A stretch of 44,009 nucleotides of DNA from Actinomycetes bacterium (GCA_023129485.1 JAGMBY010000036.1:1-44009); one strand, 5' to 3'; shown: positions 10,200 to 20,023, counted from the stretch's first letter. The notes: a model not told the origin generated them from the sequence alone. A program made the numbers and translations.

Positions 10200-12040
10200 T
10201 AGACTCCTACCTCCTTTGCAATATCATCTAAGCCTAATTCAACCAACTTCTCCTTGGGTATCATACCATCCTTTGTCCATCCTCTCGCTTTATAATAAGC
10301 ATCCTTTAAGAACTCTAAGTCTTTTTTCTTGATTAAATGTCCCTTTGCAACTCCCTCTGGAATAGGGTCTTTCATAATTCTTGGAGGAAGAGTATCATCT
10401 TTTCTTGTCCAACCCTCTCTTATATTAAATGCTTTCTTAAGATTCCAGATTCTTTCTCCAGTCTTTTTCAACTCATCTGGTGTCATCTCTATACCTGTTG
10501 TGAGAGTATATAAATCGCTTGCTTCCTTATAATAATCCTCGAAGCATCCTCTGATGAATTTACAGAGTACAAATGAATCAAAAGTGGCAGCATAATTTTC
10601 TCTTTCTGCAGCATATTTACCTTTTTCTTTATCATATGTGAATCTATCAGTCCATCCTTTTATGTCAGCCTCATAAGCTCCAGACCTGTTATGACAAGGA
10701 CCTCTTGTACCCACAGCACATCCTAAAGCAAAAGTTTTAAGTCCTCTTGGGTCATATCCTGCACATTCCAATCCTTTCACATTCATTGCAAAATGTTTGG
10801 AACCCTTACCAATTTTTTCTGAGGCTCTCTTAGTTCCCTCTGCCAAAAGGTCACCAATTCCTTCTCTTTTGGCAATCTTCTCAATTAACTTTATATATGG
10901 CTCATGATTTCCAAATTTTATATCTAATCCACCAGTGTCTTTTTTAGTAAATATACCTTTCTCATAACATTCCATAGCCCATGCAACTGTTACACCAGTA
11001 CTCATAGTATCCATTCCATAAAAGTCACATAATTCACAAGCCTTGATAATTGCTGGCATATAATCAATACCACAACATGGTCCTAAAGCAAAAAGAGATT
11101 CATATTCCACTTTGGTTCTCGCATCTTTATAAGGTCCATCCTCAACCTTGGCAATATGTTCACAAGCTATGGGACATCCAGAACATGCTACAGTTTTTTC
11201 TACATAATGTTCATGCAGATATTCACCACTTACCAACTCTGCTTTATCCCATGTTGCTGCTTGGAAATTTTTGGTTGGTAAAGTGGCTAACCTATTCATA
11301 ACAAGTACATTTGCGGGGGTACCAAGGATTCTATATTTTTCAGTTGGTGTTCCCTGTGCTATTTTCATGAGATCAAAACATTTTTTAGATAGTTCTTCTG
11401 GGTTAGCTACGTTTATAGACTTTGATCCCCTAAGTGCAATGGCTTTTAAATTCTTTGAGCCCATAACTGCTCCCTGACCTGTTCTTCCAGCTTTTCTTCC
11501 TCTATCATTAGAAATACAAGCAAACTTTACTAGATTTTCTCCTGCCAATCCTATAGTACATACCCTTACATTTTGATCCCCTATTTCATCTCTTATTGCT
11601 TCTTCAGTTTCAAAGCAACCTAGTCCAGCAAGATGTTTAGCATTTTTAAAATGAACATCATCATCATCAATAAAAAGATAAATTAAATCTTCGCTTTTTC
11701 CTTTTATAACAATGCCATCATATCCTGCTCTCTTTATCGTTTGAGACCAATAACTTGATGACAAAGAATCTCCAAGAAATCCTGTAAGTGGTGATTTTGA
11801 AGCTATTCCATGTTTTGTTCCAACTGGTACTATTGTTCCACCAAAAGCACTTGCTGAAAAAGTTAAAACATTCTCAGGGCTTAAGGGGTCAATACCTGGT
11901 TTAATATTGTCATAAAGTAATTTTGAAGCTAAACCTACACCACCTAAGTATTTTTTTAGGAACTCCTCACTAACAGTTTGAACAGATGTTTCCTTACTGG
12001 AAAGATCAATATGTAGGATTCTCCCGCTATAAGAGTACAT
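10199..12040 (-). CDS. aor: tungsten-containing aldehyde:ferredoxin oxidoreductase family protein
   Basis: GRILHIDLS, KSPLTG, GAVMGSKNLKA, CSGCPIAC, EYES, CDFYGMDTMSTG, RGPCH, YYKARGW; GGAGG RBS. Confidence 0.93.
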   Translation of the reverse strand: MYSYSGRILHIDLSSKETSVQTVSEEFLKKYLGGVGLASKLLYDNIKPGIDPLSPENVLTFSASAFGGTIVPVGTKHGIASKSPLTGFLGDSLSSSYWSQTIKRAGYDGIVIKGKSEDLIYLFIDDDDVHFKNAKHLAGLGCFETEEAIRDEIGDQNVRVCTIGLAGENLVKFACISNDRGRKAGRTGQGAVMGSKNLKAIALRGSKSINVANPEELSKKCFDLMKIAQGTPTEKYRILGTPANVLVMNRLATLPTKNFQAATWDKAELVSGEYLHEHYVEKTVACSGCPIACEHIAKVEDGPYKDARTKVEYESLFALGPCCGIDYMPAIIKACELCDFYGMDTMSTGVTVAWAMECYEKGIFTKKDTGGLDIKFGNHEPYIKLIEKIAKREGIGDLLAEGTKRASEKIGKGSKHFAMNVKGLECAGYDPRGLKTFALGCAVGTRGPCHNRSGAYEADIKGWTDRFTYDKEKGKYAAERENYAATFDSFVLCKFIRGCFEDYYKEASDLYTLTTGIEMTPDELKKTGERIWNLKKAFNIREGWTRKDDTLPPRIMKDPIPEGVAKGHLIKKKDLEFLKDAYYKARGWTKDGMIPKEKLVELGLDDIAKEVGV

Positions 12041-12255
12041 TATCTACCTCCTTGTATGTTAAATGATTTAATTAATTTAAAGATAATTAGTTGTAATTAA
12101 TTAATAATAAAAAAAATTTAAATATTGTAAAGTGGATTTTAAAATTGAATTTTAAGTTTTGCTAGTTAGTTTAGCCAAAATAAATTTTATTTAAAATTTG
12201 ACTAAATTAATTTTATTTAATGATTTATCTAAACTAAATTAAATTGAATTAAATC

Positions 12256-12534
12256 TTATCCACCAACAGTGACAAATAGTAAAAGTAACTTATCTCCTTT
12301 CTTTAATTTATGTTCTAAATTATTTATTGTATGTCTTCCATCTAAATTGAACATATAGGGAGGAATAGTTTTTAGAGTTTTTTCTTTGATTACTTTTCCT
12401 GAGAGTTTAGGGTATTTCTTTACTAATTCATCGGTTAGGTTTTTAAGAGTATATTTATCTTTTAGGTTTATTTCAACTATTTTTTCTCCGACAATCTGTT
12501 TTGCAAGTCCAAAAAGTTCAACACTTATTTTCAT
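12256..12534 (-). CDS. moaD: MoaD/ThiS-family sulfur carrier
   Basis: 92 aa, N-terminal ISVELFG, C-terminal VGG; upstream of aor. Confidence 0.85.
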   Translation of the reverse strand: MKISVELFGLAKQIVGEKIVEINLKDKYTLKNLTDELVKKYPKLSGKVIKEKTLKTIPPYMFNLDGRHTINNLEHKLKKGDKLLLLFVTVGG

Positions 12535-12622
12535 TTTTTACTTTTTTATATTTTAATTTTTATAAAGGATACTTATAAAACTAAACTTATTTTATTAAAT
12601 TATCATATTATATAAAGGTATC

Positions 12623-12755
12623 TGTCATTCTGAAGGAGCGACAGCGACTGAAGAATCTCATTAGATATATTAAAAAGTCTAACAGAATTTAAATATTTTC
12701 ATTAAAATTACTTATGAGATTCTTCCCCTTCGTTACACTCAGGGTCAGAAAGACA
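12623..12755. repeat. convergent pair of TGTC-tagged REP-like hairpins (REPIN/BIME-like)
   Basis: 12623-12660 (+) TGTCATTCTGAAGGAGCGACAGCGACTGAAGAATCTCA; 12715-12755 (-) TGTCTTTCTGACCCTGAGTGTAACGAAGGGGAAGAATCTCA. Confidence 0.85.
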
Positions 12756-12919
12756 AAATAATATAAATTTTCAAAGAATAAAATATAAAAAGTGTTAGCC
12801 TAACTAGTTAACAATACAAATTATTGTATTTAATTGAATTATAACGGATATTGAAATAAACATTAAAAAAGAAATTAACACACCAGTTTAAGATATAATA
12901 ATTTGTTAATTTTGTCAAA

Positions 12920-12955
12920 AACTTGCAGAAACAACAGAACTTGCAGGAACAATAA
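12920..12955. repeat. 18-bp tandem duplication
   Basis: AACTTGCAGAAACAACAG / AACTTGCAGGAACAATAA, 15/18 identical. Confidence 0.6.
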
Positions 12956-12959
12956 AACC

Positions 12960-13012
12960 TATAGTAGCAAAATGACAATGTCTCCTTTGGGCAAAATAGA
13001 AATGTCCTCTTT
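12960..13012 (+). mobile_element. possible orphan IS end with 24-bp-period subterminal repeats (IS1202/ISNCY-like)
   Basis: GCAAAATGACAATGTCTCCTTT (12967) and GCAAAATAGAAATGTCCTCTTT (12991), 17/22 identical; no transposase nearby; family assignment from memory only. Confidence 0.35.
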
Positions 13013-13155
13013 TACTAAAGTTAAAATATTTGGTAATAAAGATTTAATATCTTAAATATAATGATAGTGGAATTTTGTTTAGTAAAAATTAAATAAGATA
13101 TTAAATGTATATATAATTAAAAAATTTGGATCACATAAAGGAAAATGGAGGTTAG

Positions 13156-13629
13156 ATGTATATTTCGGTGATAGGAGCTAGTAAGTGTGGTAAAGATTTA
13201 TATAAATTGGCTTATGATGTGGGAAGAGAAATTGCAAAGAGAAAAGCCATACTTATATGTGGAGGATTAGGGGGAGTGATGGATGCATCTGCAAAAGGAG
13301 CGAAAGAAGTAGGAGGCATGACAGTTGGTATATTACCCGGAGATACTAGAATAGGTGCCAGTAAATATCTTAATGTATCACTTCCAACTGGAATGGGAGA
13401 AGCAAGGAATGTATTAGTTATAAAAGCAGCAGATGTTGTTATTGCAATTGGAGGTGAATATGGGACACTATCTGAAATTGCACACGCTCTTAAAATGAAT
13501 ATTCCAGTAGTTGGACTAAAAACGTGGGATATAGGCAAAGATGAGTTTGGTGTTTCAAGAATAATAAAAGTAGATGACCCAATAGCTGCTGTAGAAAAAG
13601 CATACAAATTAGCAAAAAGTAAGGGTTAA
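13156..13629 (+). CDS. TIGR00725 / LOG-like Rossmann-fold protein
   Basis: ISVIG, ICGGLGGVM, TGMGEARN, IGGEYGTLSEIA; GGAGG RBS. Confidence 0.9.
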   Translation: MYISVIGASKCGKDLYKLAYDVGREIAKRKAILICGGLGGVMDASAKGAKEVGGMTVGILPGDTRIGASKYLNVSLPTGMGEARNVLVIKAADVVIAIGGEYGTLSEIAHALKMNIPVVGLKTWDIGKDEFGVSRIIKVDDPIAAVEKAYKLAKSKG

Positions 13630-13694
13630 AGAATAATTTAATAGAGCTAAAATGTAGTATAATAAATTAATTTTATTGGCAATATTATCTATTT

Positions 13695-14501
13695 TCATCT
13701 GATAAGACATTTTTGTACATAATTCTCTAATATCCTTTTAAATTTTAGCATCTGGTTATTGGAGAATTGACTTTCTTTTAAAAATTCTAAATCTAGTGTT
13801 TTTGTAGGATAGAATTTTTGCAAAATAAATAGTTTTGCCCCAGCAACAAGTTTACCTATTTTATGGATTTCATTTTTATCATGAAATTTTGGTAAAACTG
13901 TTGTTCTAAATTCATATTGAATTTTTTTATTAATATTAACTTTTATGTCAGCATTAACCTTTGTATTTGCATTAACTTTTTTATTCAGATATTCTAAATT
14001 AGTTTTTTTATTTAAAATACCCCTTGTACCCTGGCTCTTATCAATATCAAGAATTATTTTAACACTTTCTTTTATATTTTCTAAGTTAACCTTGATTCCA
14101 GCTATCTCTTCGTATTTATCCAGTGATCCTTTAATATCCATAGCCAAGTAGTCTAAAAGATTATCCTTAATTAACTTACTTAAGATATGAGGATTGGTTC
14201 CATTTGTGTCTAATTTAACCAAAAAACCCATTGATTTTATTTTTGAAATAAATTGATAAAGATCCTTATGTAAACTTGGTTCACCACCAGTTATGACAAC
14301 AGCATCTAATTTTTTCCTTCTGTTTTTTAAAAATTCAAATACAGCTTTTTCTGGGATTTTTTCTGGATAAATCTTTGGATTGACTAATTCTGGATTATGA
14401 CAAAATGGACATCTAAAATTGCAGCCAATAGTAAAAATTATGGCACTAATTTTATGAGGATAATCAATGAGTGAAAACTTTTGCAGTCCACCAATAACCA
14501 T
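13695..14501 (-). CDS. nrdG: anaerobic ribonucleotide reductase activating enzyme (radical SAM)
   Basis: GCNFRCPFCHN, ITGGEP, KLDTNG, AMDIKG, YEFRTT; directly downstream of nrdD. Confidence 0.92.
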   Translation of the reverse strand: MVIGGLQKFSLIDYPHKISAIIFTIGCNFRCPFCHNPELVNPKIYPEKIPEKAVFEFLKNRRKKLDAVVITGGEPSLHKDLYQFISKIKSMGFLVKLDTNGTNPHILSKLIKDNLLDYLAMDIKGSLDKYEEIAGIKVNLENIKESVKIILDIDKSQGTRGILNKKTNLEYLNKKVNANTKVNADIKVNINKKIQYEFRTTVLPKFHDKNEIHKIGKLVAGAKLFILQKFYPTKTLDLEFLKESQFSNNQMLKFKRILENYVQKCLIR

Positions 14502-14605
14502 TTCATTTAAACAATCTTAATTTAAAAGAATTTAATATAGATATTTTTAAGGAATTATTATAATTTTTTTTTATCAAAGAAATGTTATATTTCAAGACCT
14601 AACCC

Positions 14606-17600
14606 CTATAATTTAAAGGTTTTGCGGTCTTTGAATTCTGATCTCTTTCCCCTATTCCATTGGCTAACAGGTCTTATATATCCAACCACTCTTGAATAAA
14701 CTTCTGTAGTTGCTCCACATTCTGGACAAGTTTCATGTTCACCCGAAATGTAACCATGTTGTTGACATATACTAAAGGTAGGGGTAATTGTAAAATAAGG
14801 AAGTCTATAATTTTCTGCAATCTTTTTTACTAATATTTTAGAACTCTCACCATCAGGCAATTTTTCTCCAACAAAGCCATGAAAAACAGTACCACCAGTA
14901 TATTTGGTTTGAAGTTCATCTTGCAAATCTAAGGCTTCAAAGATGTCATCAGTATATCCAACAGGAAGCTGTGTTGAATTTGTATAATAAGGAGCTGCTT
15001 CATTTTTAAAAGCTTCTTCATTTGCGCATATAATCTCCAGGAATTTTTCCTTATCAGTTTTTGCAAGTCTAAAGGTTGCACCTTCCCCAGGTGTTGCTTC
15101 AAGATTATAAATATTGTCAGTTTCATTTTGATAATCCATAAGTTTTTCTCTCATAAAATCCAAAACTCTTATAGAGAATTCTCTACCTTCTTTAGTTGTA
15201 ATATCTTTTCTTAAAAAGTTTAGGCATGCTTCGTTCATTCCTATTAAACCAATTGTTGAAAAATGGTTTCTCCAATAACCACCAAATCTTTTTTTAATTG
15301 AATTAAGATAATATTTTGCAAATGGATAAAGATTATTTTCTGTGAATCTTTCGAGTATTTTTCTCTTAATCTCAAGACTTTTTTTTGCTAAATCCATTTT
15401 TTCAGAAAGTCTATTAAGGAATTCCTTTTTTGTTTTTGAGAAGTAACCAATTCTTGGCATATTAATTGTTACTACTCCAATACTACCAGTTAGGGGATTT
15501 GCTGCAAAAAATCCACCACCTCGTTTGCGCAGTTCTCTCTGGTCGATCCTGAGATGGCAACACATGCTACGGGCATCTTCGGGTTTCATGTCAGAATTTA
15601 TAAAATTAGCAAAATATGGTGTACCATATTTAGAAGTCATATTCCATATCGGCTCAAGCACTGGATTATCCCAATCAAAATCTTTGGTAATGTTGTATGT
15701 AGGAATTGGAAAAGTAAATACTCTTCCTTTGGCATCACCTTCCGTCATGACTTCTGCAAATACTTTATTGAAAAGGTCTATCTCTTTTTGAAATTCACCG
15801 TATTGTGCATTCTGTATTTTTCCACCAATAATAACATGCTCATTAGCAATAATGTCTGGAGGTACTAAATCCATTGTTACATTAGTAAACGGGGTATTGT
15901 GAAAAAGAAGAAGTCCAGCACCGCCAGAGAAATTCTCCTGGGGTAAATCAACAGAAAGATCATACTCAAATTCTTTCTCATACTTAAATTCATCCACCCG
16001 ACTGCAAATCCTAGCAGTAAAATCACCCACAGAGTAAGCCTCTTTTCTTTTTTTGTTTTTAAAAATCCTCAAAGTATATTGATTACTCCATTCTTTTTTT
16101 CTTCCTTCTTCTTCGTAAACACTAAATTTATAACCGTTCATACTAAGAAGCAAAGAAAGTCCAGCTGAAAGTTTTTTTGAAGTTGTTGACAAATCCCAGT
16201 ATTTCTCATATTCGGATCCATCGCCGGACAGGATGTTTTTAAGAAAAGTTTCTTGAAGTTTAGGCTCCAGTTGATAAATAAACCAGGGAACCTCTTTTTG
16301 TGTACTATAAATACCACAAACTGCAACCACCAAAGCAGCTAAAATACCATTACCAGAAATTTTGTAAACAGGCTTGGTTTTAGTTCCTTTTTGAGAATAA
16401 CCCTTTGATTTTTCTATTCTTCCAAGGATTCCTAAACTTTTTAAAATTCTTTTAATCTCCTTAGGCTCACTCTGGGAAATAAAAAATGAGTTACTGATCT
16501 CAGCATGACCCTCAGCCACATACCAACCACAAATTTTAACAAAATTTAATAGGTCTTTTCCTTGCAAAAATCTTGAAATCTTAATCTTACTATTTCTAAG
16601 GTAAAATCCTAAGGCATCATTTTCTTCCAGAAACTTCAAAAAGATATCAAGTCTGACAATTTTTTTTCTCTTCCAATCATTCCATACACCCCGGTCATGG
16701 AGATTAAATTGAATATAAAATGGAGTTATTCCCCCATAATACTCTTTTACTTTTTCTTTTAATTTATCAATTGTTCCCCCGGGAACATTTACATAAACCT
16801 TTCGCCAGAGATATGGAAATTCCTGAAGAATTTCTAAAAGATCAAGTTTTTTCTTATTTCCTTCATTCTTCACTGATTTAATAGCTATAAAGCTGTTATT
16901 GGGCTTTAATTTGCTATTGAAATGTTCATCTCTTACCTCTTGGGCTGAAAAAGGTTTAACAATAAATTCTCCATTGAGTTTTTCAAATCTAAAAAGTGAA
17001 TGGGCTGGAGAAACAGAAGCAGTTCCTTTACTTGTCCTGATTTTAACAAACTTACTCCCTTTAGGTACTCTATGTCTGATAAAAGCCTTAACTTTTACCC
17101 AGACCGCTTCACCCTTTTGATTAAAGGACAAAACCTTGAAATCATCATCATTCTCAATAGCAAAACTACCAGGATTATCTTCCAAAACCTGGTGGGATTT
17201 TTTTTCAAATTGGGAATCTACTAACCCGCCAATTTTTTTTATTTTAATCTTTCCATTCTCTCTAATCAGCACCAGCTCATCCCAGGTTAAACTTTGAAAA
17301 CCTACTCGAGTAGGAATATTTATATTAAACAAAAATTCCTGTATAGCTTGCTTTATTTCTCTATAAGACAATTTGTCATATCTAATAAAAGGGGCTAAAT
17401 ACGTGTCTACTGAACTAAATGCCTCTGCACCTGCAGTCTCACCTTGTAAGGTATAAAAAAAGTTCACTATCTGACCCAAAGCAGCACGAAAATGTTTTGC
17501 TGGCTTACTCTCAATCTTTCCTGGAACCCCACCAAATCCACGAATTAACAGGTCTTTTAAATCCCATCCCGCGCAGTACGGTGCAACCAAGGCTAGGTCA

Positions 17601-18091
17601 TGTATATGAAAATCTCCACAAACATGTGCCTTTCTTACATCTTTAGGATAAATTTTATATAACCAATAATGTGCAGAGATTACTGAGGCAATATGATTAT
17701 TTAATCCCTGAAGAGAATAAGTCATATTACTATTCTCATTAACTCTCCAATCTTCGTTATTAATATATTCATCTACTAAATCAAGGCTTATAGTCTTTTT
17801 TAAATCACGAATTCTGGCGTGTTGGTCTCTGTAGATAATATATGCCTTTGCTGTTTTTATATAACGGGATTCAATCAGAACTGTTTCTACTATATCTTGA
17901 ATCTGCTCAACAGTTGGGGTGTCATCTCTGATAATTTCTTTTGCCCTGTCTAAGACTTTATCGGAGAGCTTTTTTGAGGTATCTAACCCAAATTCTCTTG
18001 TTTCTTGACCTGCTTTGAAAATTGCATCAGTAATGTTTCTTTGATTAAATTTGACTATTCTCCCGTCTCTTTTTTTGATTTTTTTAAACAT
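14606..18091 (-). CDS. nrdD: class III ribonucleoside-triphosphate reductase, intein-containing
   Basis: N-terminal ATP cone (KKRDGR), HIHDL, YCAGW, FTFPIPTYN, SMCC, EATPGEG, CQQH...CPEC, glycyl-radical motif YSRVVGYIRP. Confidence 0.95.
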   Translation of the reverse strand: MFKKIKKRDGRIVKFNQRNITDAIFKAGQETREFGLDTSKKLSDKVLDRAKEIIRDDTPTVEQIQDIVETVLIESRYIKTAKAYIIYRDQHARIRDLKKTISLDLVDEYINNEDWRVNENSNMTYSLQGLNNHIASVISAHYWLYKIYPKDVRKAHVCGDFHIHDLALVAPYCAGWDLKDLLIRGFGGVPGKIESKPAKHFRAALGQIVNFFYTLQGETAGAEAFSSVDTYLAPFIRYDKLSYREIKQAIQEFLFNINIPTRVGFQSLTWDELVLIRENGKIKIKKIGGLVDSQFEKKSHQVLEDNPGSFAIENDDDFKVLSFNQKGEAVWVKVKAFIRHRVPKGSKFVKIRTSKGTASVSPAHSLFRFEKLNGEFIVKPFSAQEVRDEHFNSKLKPNNSFIAIKSVKNEGNKKKLDLLEILQEFPYLWRKVYVNVPGGTIDKLKEKVKEYYGGITPFYIQFNLHDRGVWNDWKRKKIVRLDIFLKFLEENDALGFYLRNSKIKISRFLQGKDLLNFVKICGWYVAEGHAEISNSFFISQSEPKEIKRILKSLGILGRIEKSKGYSQKGTKTKPVYKISGNGILAALVVAVCGIYSTQKEVPWFIYQLEPKLQETFLKNILSGDGSEYEKYWDLSTTSKKLSAGLSLLLSMNGYKFSVYEEEGRKKEWSNQYTLRIFKNKKRKEAYSVGDFTARICSRVDEFKYEKEFEYDLSVDLPQENFSGGAGLLLFHNTPFTNVTMDLVPPDIIANEHVIIGGKIQNAQYGEFQKEIDLFNKVFAEVMTEGDAKGRVFTFPIPTYNITKDFDWDNPVLEPIWNMTSKYGTPYFANFINSDMKPEDARSMCCHLRIDQRELRKRGGGFFAANPLTGSIGVVTINMPRIGYFSKTKKEFLNRLSEKMDLAKKSLEIKRKILERFTENNLYPFAKYYLNSIKKRFGGYWRNHFSTIGLIGMNEACLNFLRKDITTKEGREFSIRVLDFMREKLMDYQNETDNIYNLEATPGEGATFRLAKTDKEKFLEIICANEEAFKNEAAPYYTNSTQLPVGYTDDIFEALDLQDELQTKYTGGTVFHGFVGEKLPDGESSKILVKKIAENYRLPYFTITPTFSICQQHGYISGEHETCPECGATTEVYSRVVGYIRPVSQWNRGKRSEFKDRKTFKL
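15896..17293 (-). mobile_element. intein with LAGLIDADG homing endonuclease (residues 267-732, 466 aa)
   Basis: RVGFQ|SLTWDELV ... VSPAHSLF (block B) ... CGWYVAEGH and ILSGDGS (endonuclease blocks) ... YDLSV...NF...LLFHN|TPFTN; removal restores RVGFQTPFTN. Confidence 0.93.
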
Positions 18092-18374
18092 TATTACGAC
18101 CTTTCTGTATTTAATGCTATTTTTTTACAATATTTGATTGAATGTAATAGTATTTAGTATTAAGTGAAGAAAATTTTTATTTGATATAAATTATAATGAA
18201 TAAAAAATCTTGAATAAATAATAGAATTTAATAAATAAAAAGGGAATTAAAAATAATAAACAAAAATATAGTATTTAATAGAGTTTAATATAAAAATTAG
18301 GAACTAATAAAAATTAATAAATGCAAAAACTAATATTTAGGGTTCATTAATAAAAAATAAAAAATTATTTATAT

Positions 18375-18421
18375 ATACAAAATATTGTGTGTTTAAAATA
18401 TTAATACCCAATATATTGTAT
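18375..18421. promoter_or_regulatory. tandem NrdR boxes
   Basis: ATACAAAATATTGTGT (18375-18390) and ACCCAATATATTGTAT (18406-18421) fit acaCwAtATaTwGtg and start 31 bp apart, upstream of nrdD. Confidence 0.8.
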
Positions 18422-18426
18422 GTCAA
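18398..18426 (-). promoter_or_regulatory. sigma70 promoter for nrdDG
   Basis: TTGACA (18426-18421), 17 bp, TAATAT; one NrdR box lies in the spacer. Confidence 0.65.
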
Positions 18427-18651
18427 TTAGTTTTTAAAAAATTTTTAAAAATTTTCTTAAGATAATTTTTAACAGGAATTTTGTTTTATGATAGGATTCC
18501 TTGAAAAAGCTGTGGCTAATTCATACTTATAAGTTATAAATAAGAATTAAAAGATCATTTTATTAAAGTTAAAAAATTTTACAATTTCAGGATATAAACA
18601 AAAATAAGAAGGTATAAAAAGGCAAATAATAAAATTTCTATTAAAAAGTAT

Positions 18652-19962
18652 ATGAAAAAGCAAATAATAATATTTTCATTATTAAATTTTATTATAGGTT
18701 TAACCGGTATAGTTATAAGACCTTTAATACCAATAGTCTCTGAAGACATAAATGTTGGTTTAGATATGATTGGAATTTTATTGTTCAGTATCTCATTAGG
18801 ATTTTTTATTTCAGGAATTTCTACTGGTTATCTATCAGATAGATATGGTACAAAACTCACCATGTATTTTGGTCTTATAGTATTAATTGTTAGTTCTTTA
18901 GGATTTAGCCTGGCTTACACATTTTTTATCTTAATTATTAGTGGATTACTTATGGGAATTGGAAGAGGAGGCCTAATGGCAGCCATAAATTCACACATGG
19001 TTAATATTTATCCTGAAAAAAGAGAAGCAAATCTTTTGAAGTTAGGTTATTTCTTTTGTTTAGGGTCAGCAATTGGTACTATTGTTGTTTCAATAATGCT
19101 CTTTTTAAAACTGAATTGGAGGATTGCATTTATTATCTTTTTCTTCATTTATCTACTTTTTACATTATATTTTCTAAAGAAGAAGGTTATGAAAAGTAAA
19201 ATTAATTTAGGAGAAGAACAAATTGAGAATTTTAATAAAGAAAAAATAAAAAATTTTAAAAACAATTCAGGAAATATAATTTTAATCCAGGAAGAAGATA
19301 ATATAAATCTTTATAAAAATAAAAAAAGTTTTAAAAATGTTAATAAATTTCAGAAACACACACATTTAAGGGAATACTTAAATCTTTTTAAAAATCCGAT
19401 AATAATCTTTTCTGGCATTCTTCTAATATTGTTTGGTGGAACAGTTGTTGCTTTCTCAACATGGTATACAACTTACTTCTCATCATTTGGTATTAAAGTA
19501 GAAATTAGCTCTTTGGGACTTTCATTATATTGGTTATCGATAACAGGGGGTGTGAAACTTAAGCAGTTTGCAATTAAAAAATTCAAAGATTATCAAATTA
19601 TATTCATAGGATGCTTATTAAATGCAATTTTCATGCTTATTATTACATTCTCACAAAATATTATTATTAAAATTATTGCATCTATATTAATTGGTCTTTT
19701 TTTAGGAGGGTTTACTGCTTTAATAACTTCTTTTGCTATTGGTCAAAAACCTGAATTATCAGGCTTTATTTCTGGTTATATTTTAGGGATGCTATCATTG
19801 GGTAATATGATTTTTCAACCAATTATTGGAAATATATCTGAAAGGTTTGGAAGAGGAACTGGGATATATGTTCAATTGATAGGTTCAGTTTTACTTTTTA
19901 TAACAGCTTTTATAATAACAGTTTTCTATAAATATAAAGAACCAGATACTGAAAACTTTTAA
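18652..19962 (+). CDS. MFS transporter
   Basis: About 12 hydrophobic segments, motif A GYLSDRYGTK, GNISERFG; long Lys/Asn-rich central loop. Confidence 0.9.
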   Translation: MKKQIIIFSLLNFIIGLTGIVIRPLIPIVSEDINVGLDMIGILLFSISLGFFISGISTGYLSDRYGTKLTMYFGLIVLIVSSLGFSLAYTFFILIISGLLMGIGRGGLMAAINSHMVNIYPEKREANLLKLGYFFCLGSAIGTIVVSIMLFLKLNWRIAFIIFFFIYLLFTLYFLKKKVMKSKINLGEEQIENFNKEKIKNFKNNSGNIILIQEEDNINLYKNKKSFKNVNKFQKHTHLREYLNLFKNPIIIFSGILLILFGGTVVAFSTWYTTYFSSFGIKVEISSLGLSLYWLSITGGVKLKQFAIKKFKDYQIIFIGCLLNAIFMLIITFSQNIIIKIIASILIGLFLGGFTALITSFAIGQKPELSGFISGYILGMLSLGNMIFQPIIGNISERFGRGTGIYVQLIGSVLLFITAFIITVFYKYKEPDTENF

Positions 19963-20023
19963 TTTTACTTTCAATTTTCTATAAAAAAATATTGAAGTAT
20001 AATTTATTTAATGGTATATCTTT

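Noticed and set aside
15553-15567. NrdD active-site loop reads MCCHL where MCCRL is more familiar
   Set aside because: Both Cys are intact; a single substitution cannot be judged without an alignment.
17301-17314. Perfect 14-bp palindrome CCTACTCGAGTAGG a few bases from the intein insertion site
   Set aside because: Explained by codons for conserved PTRVG; no evidence that it is part of the homing site.
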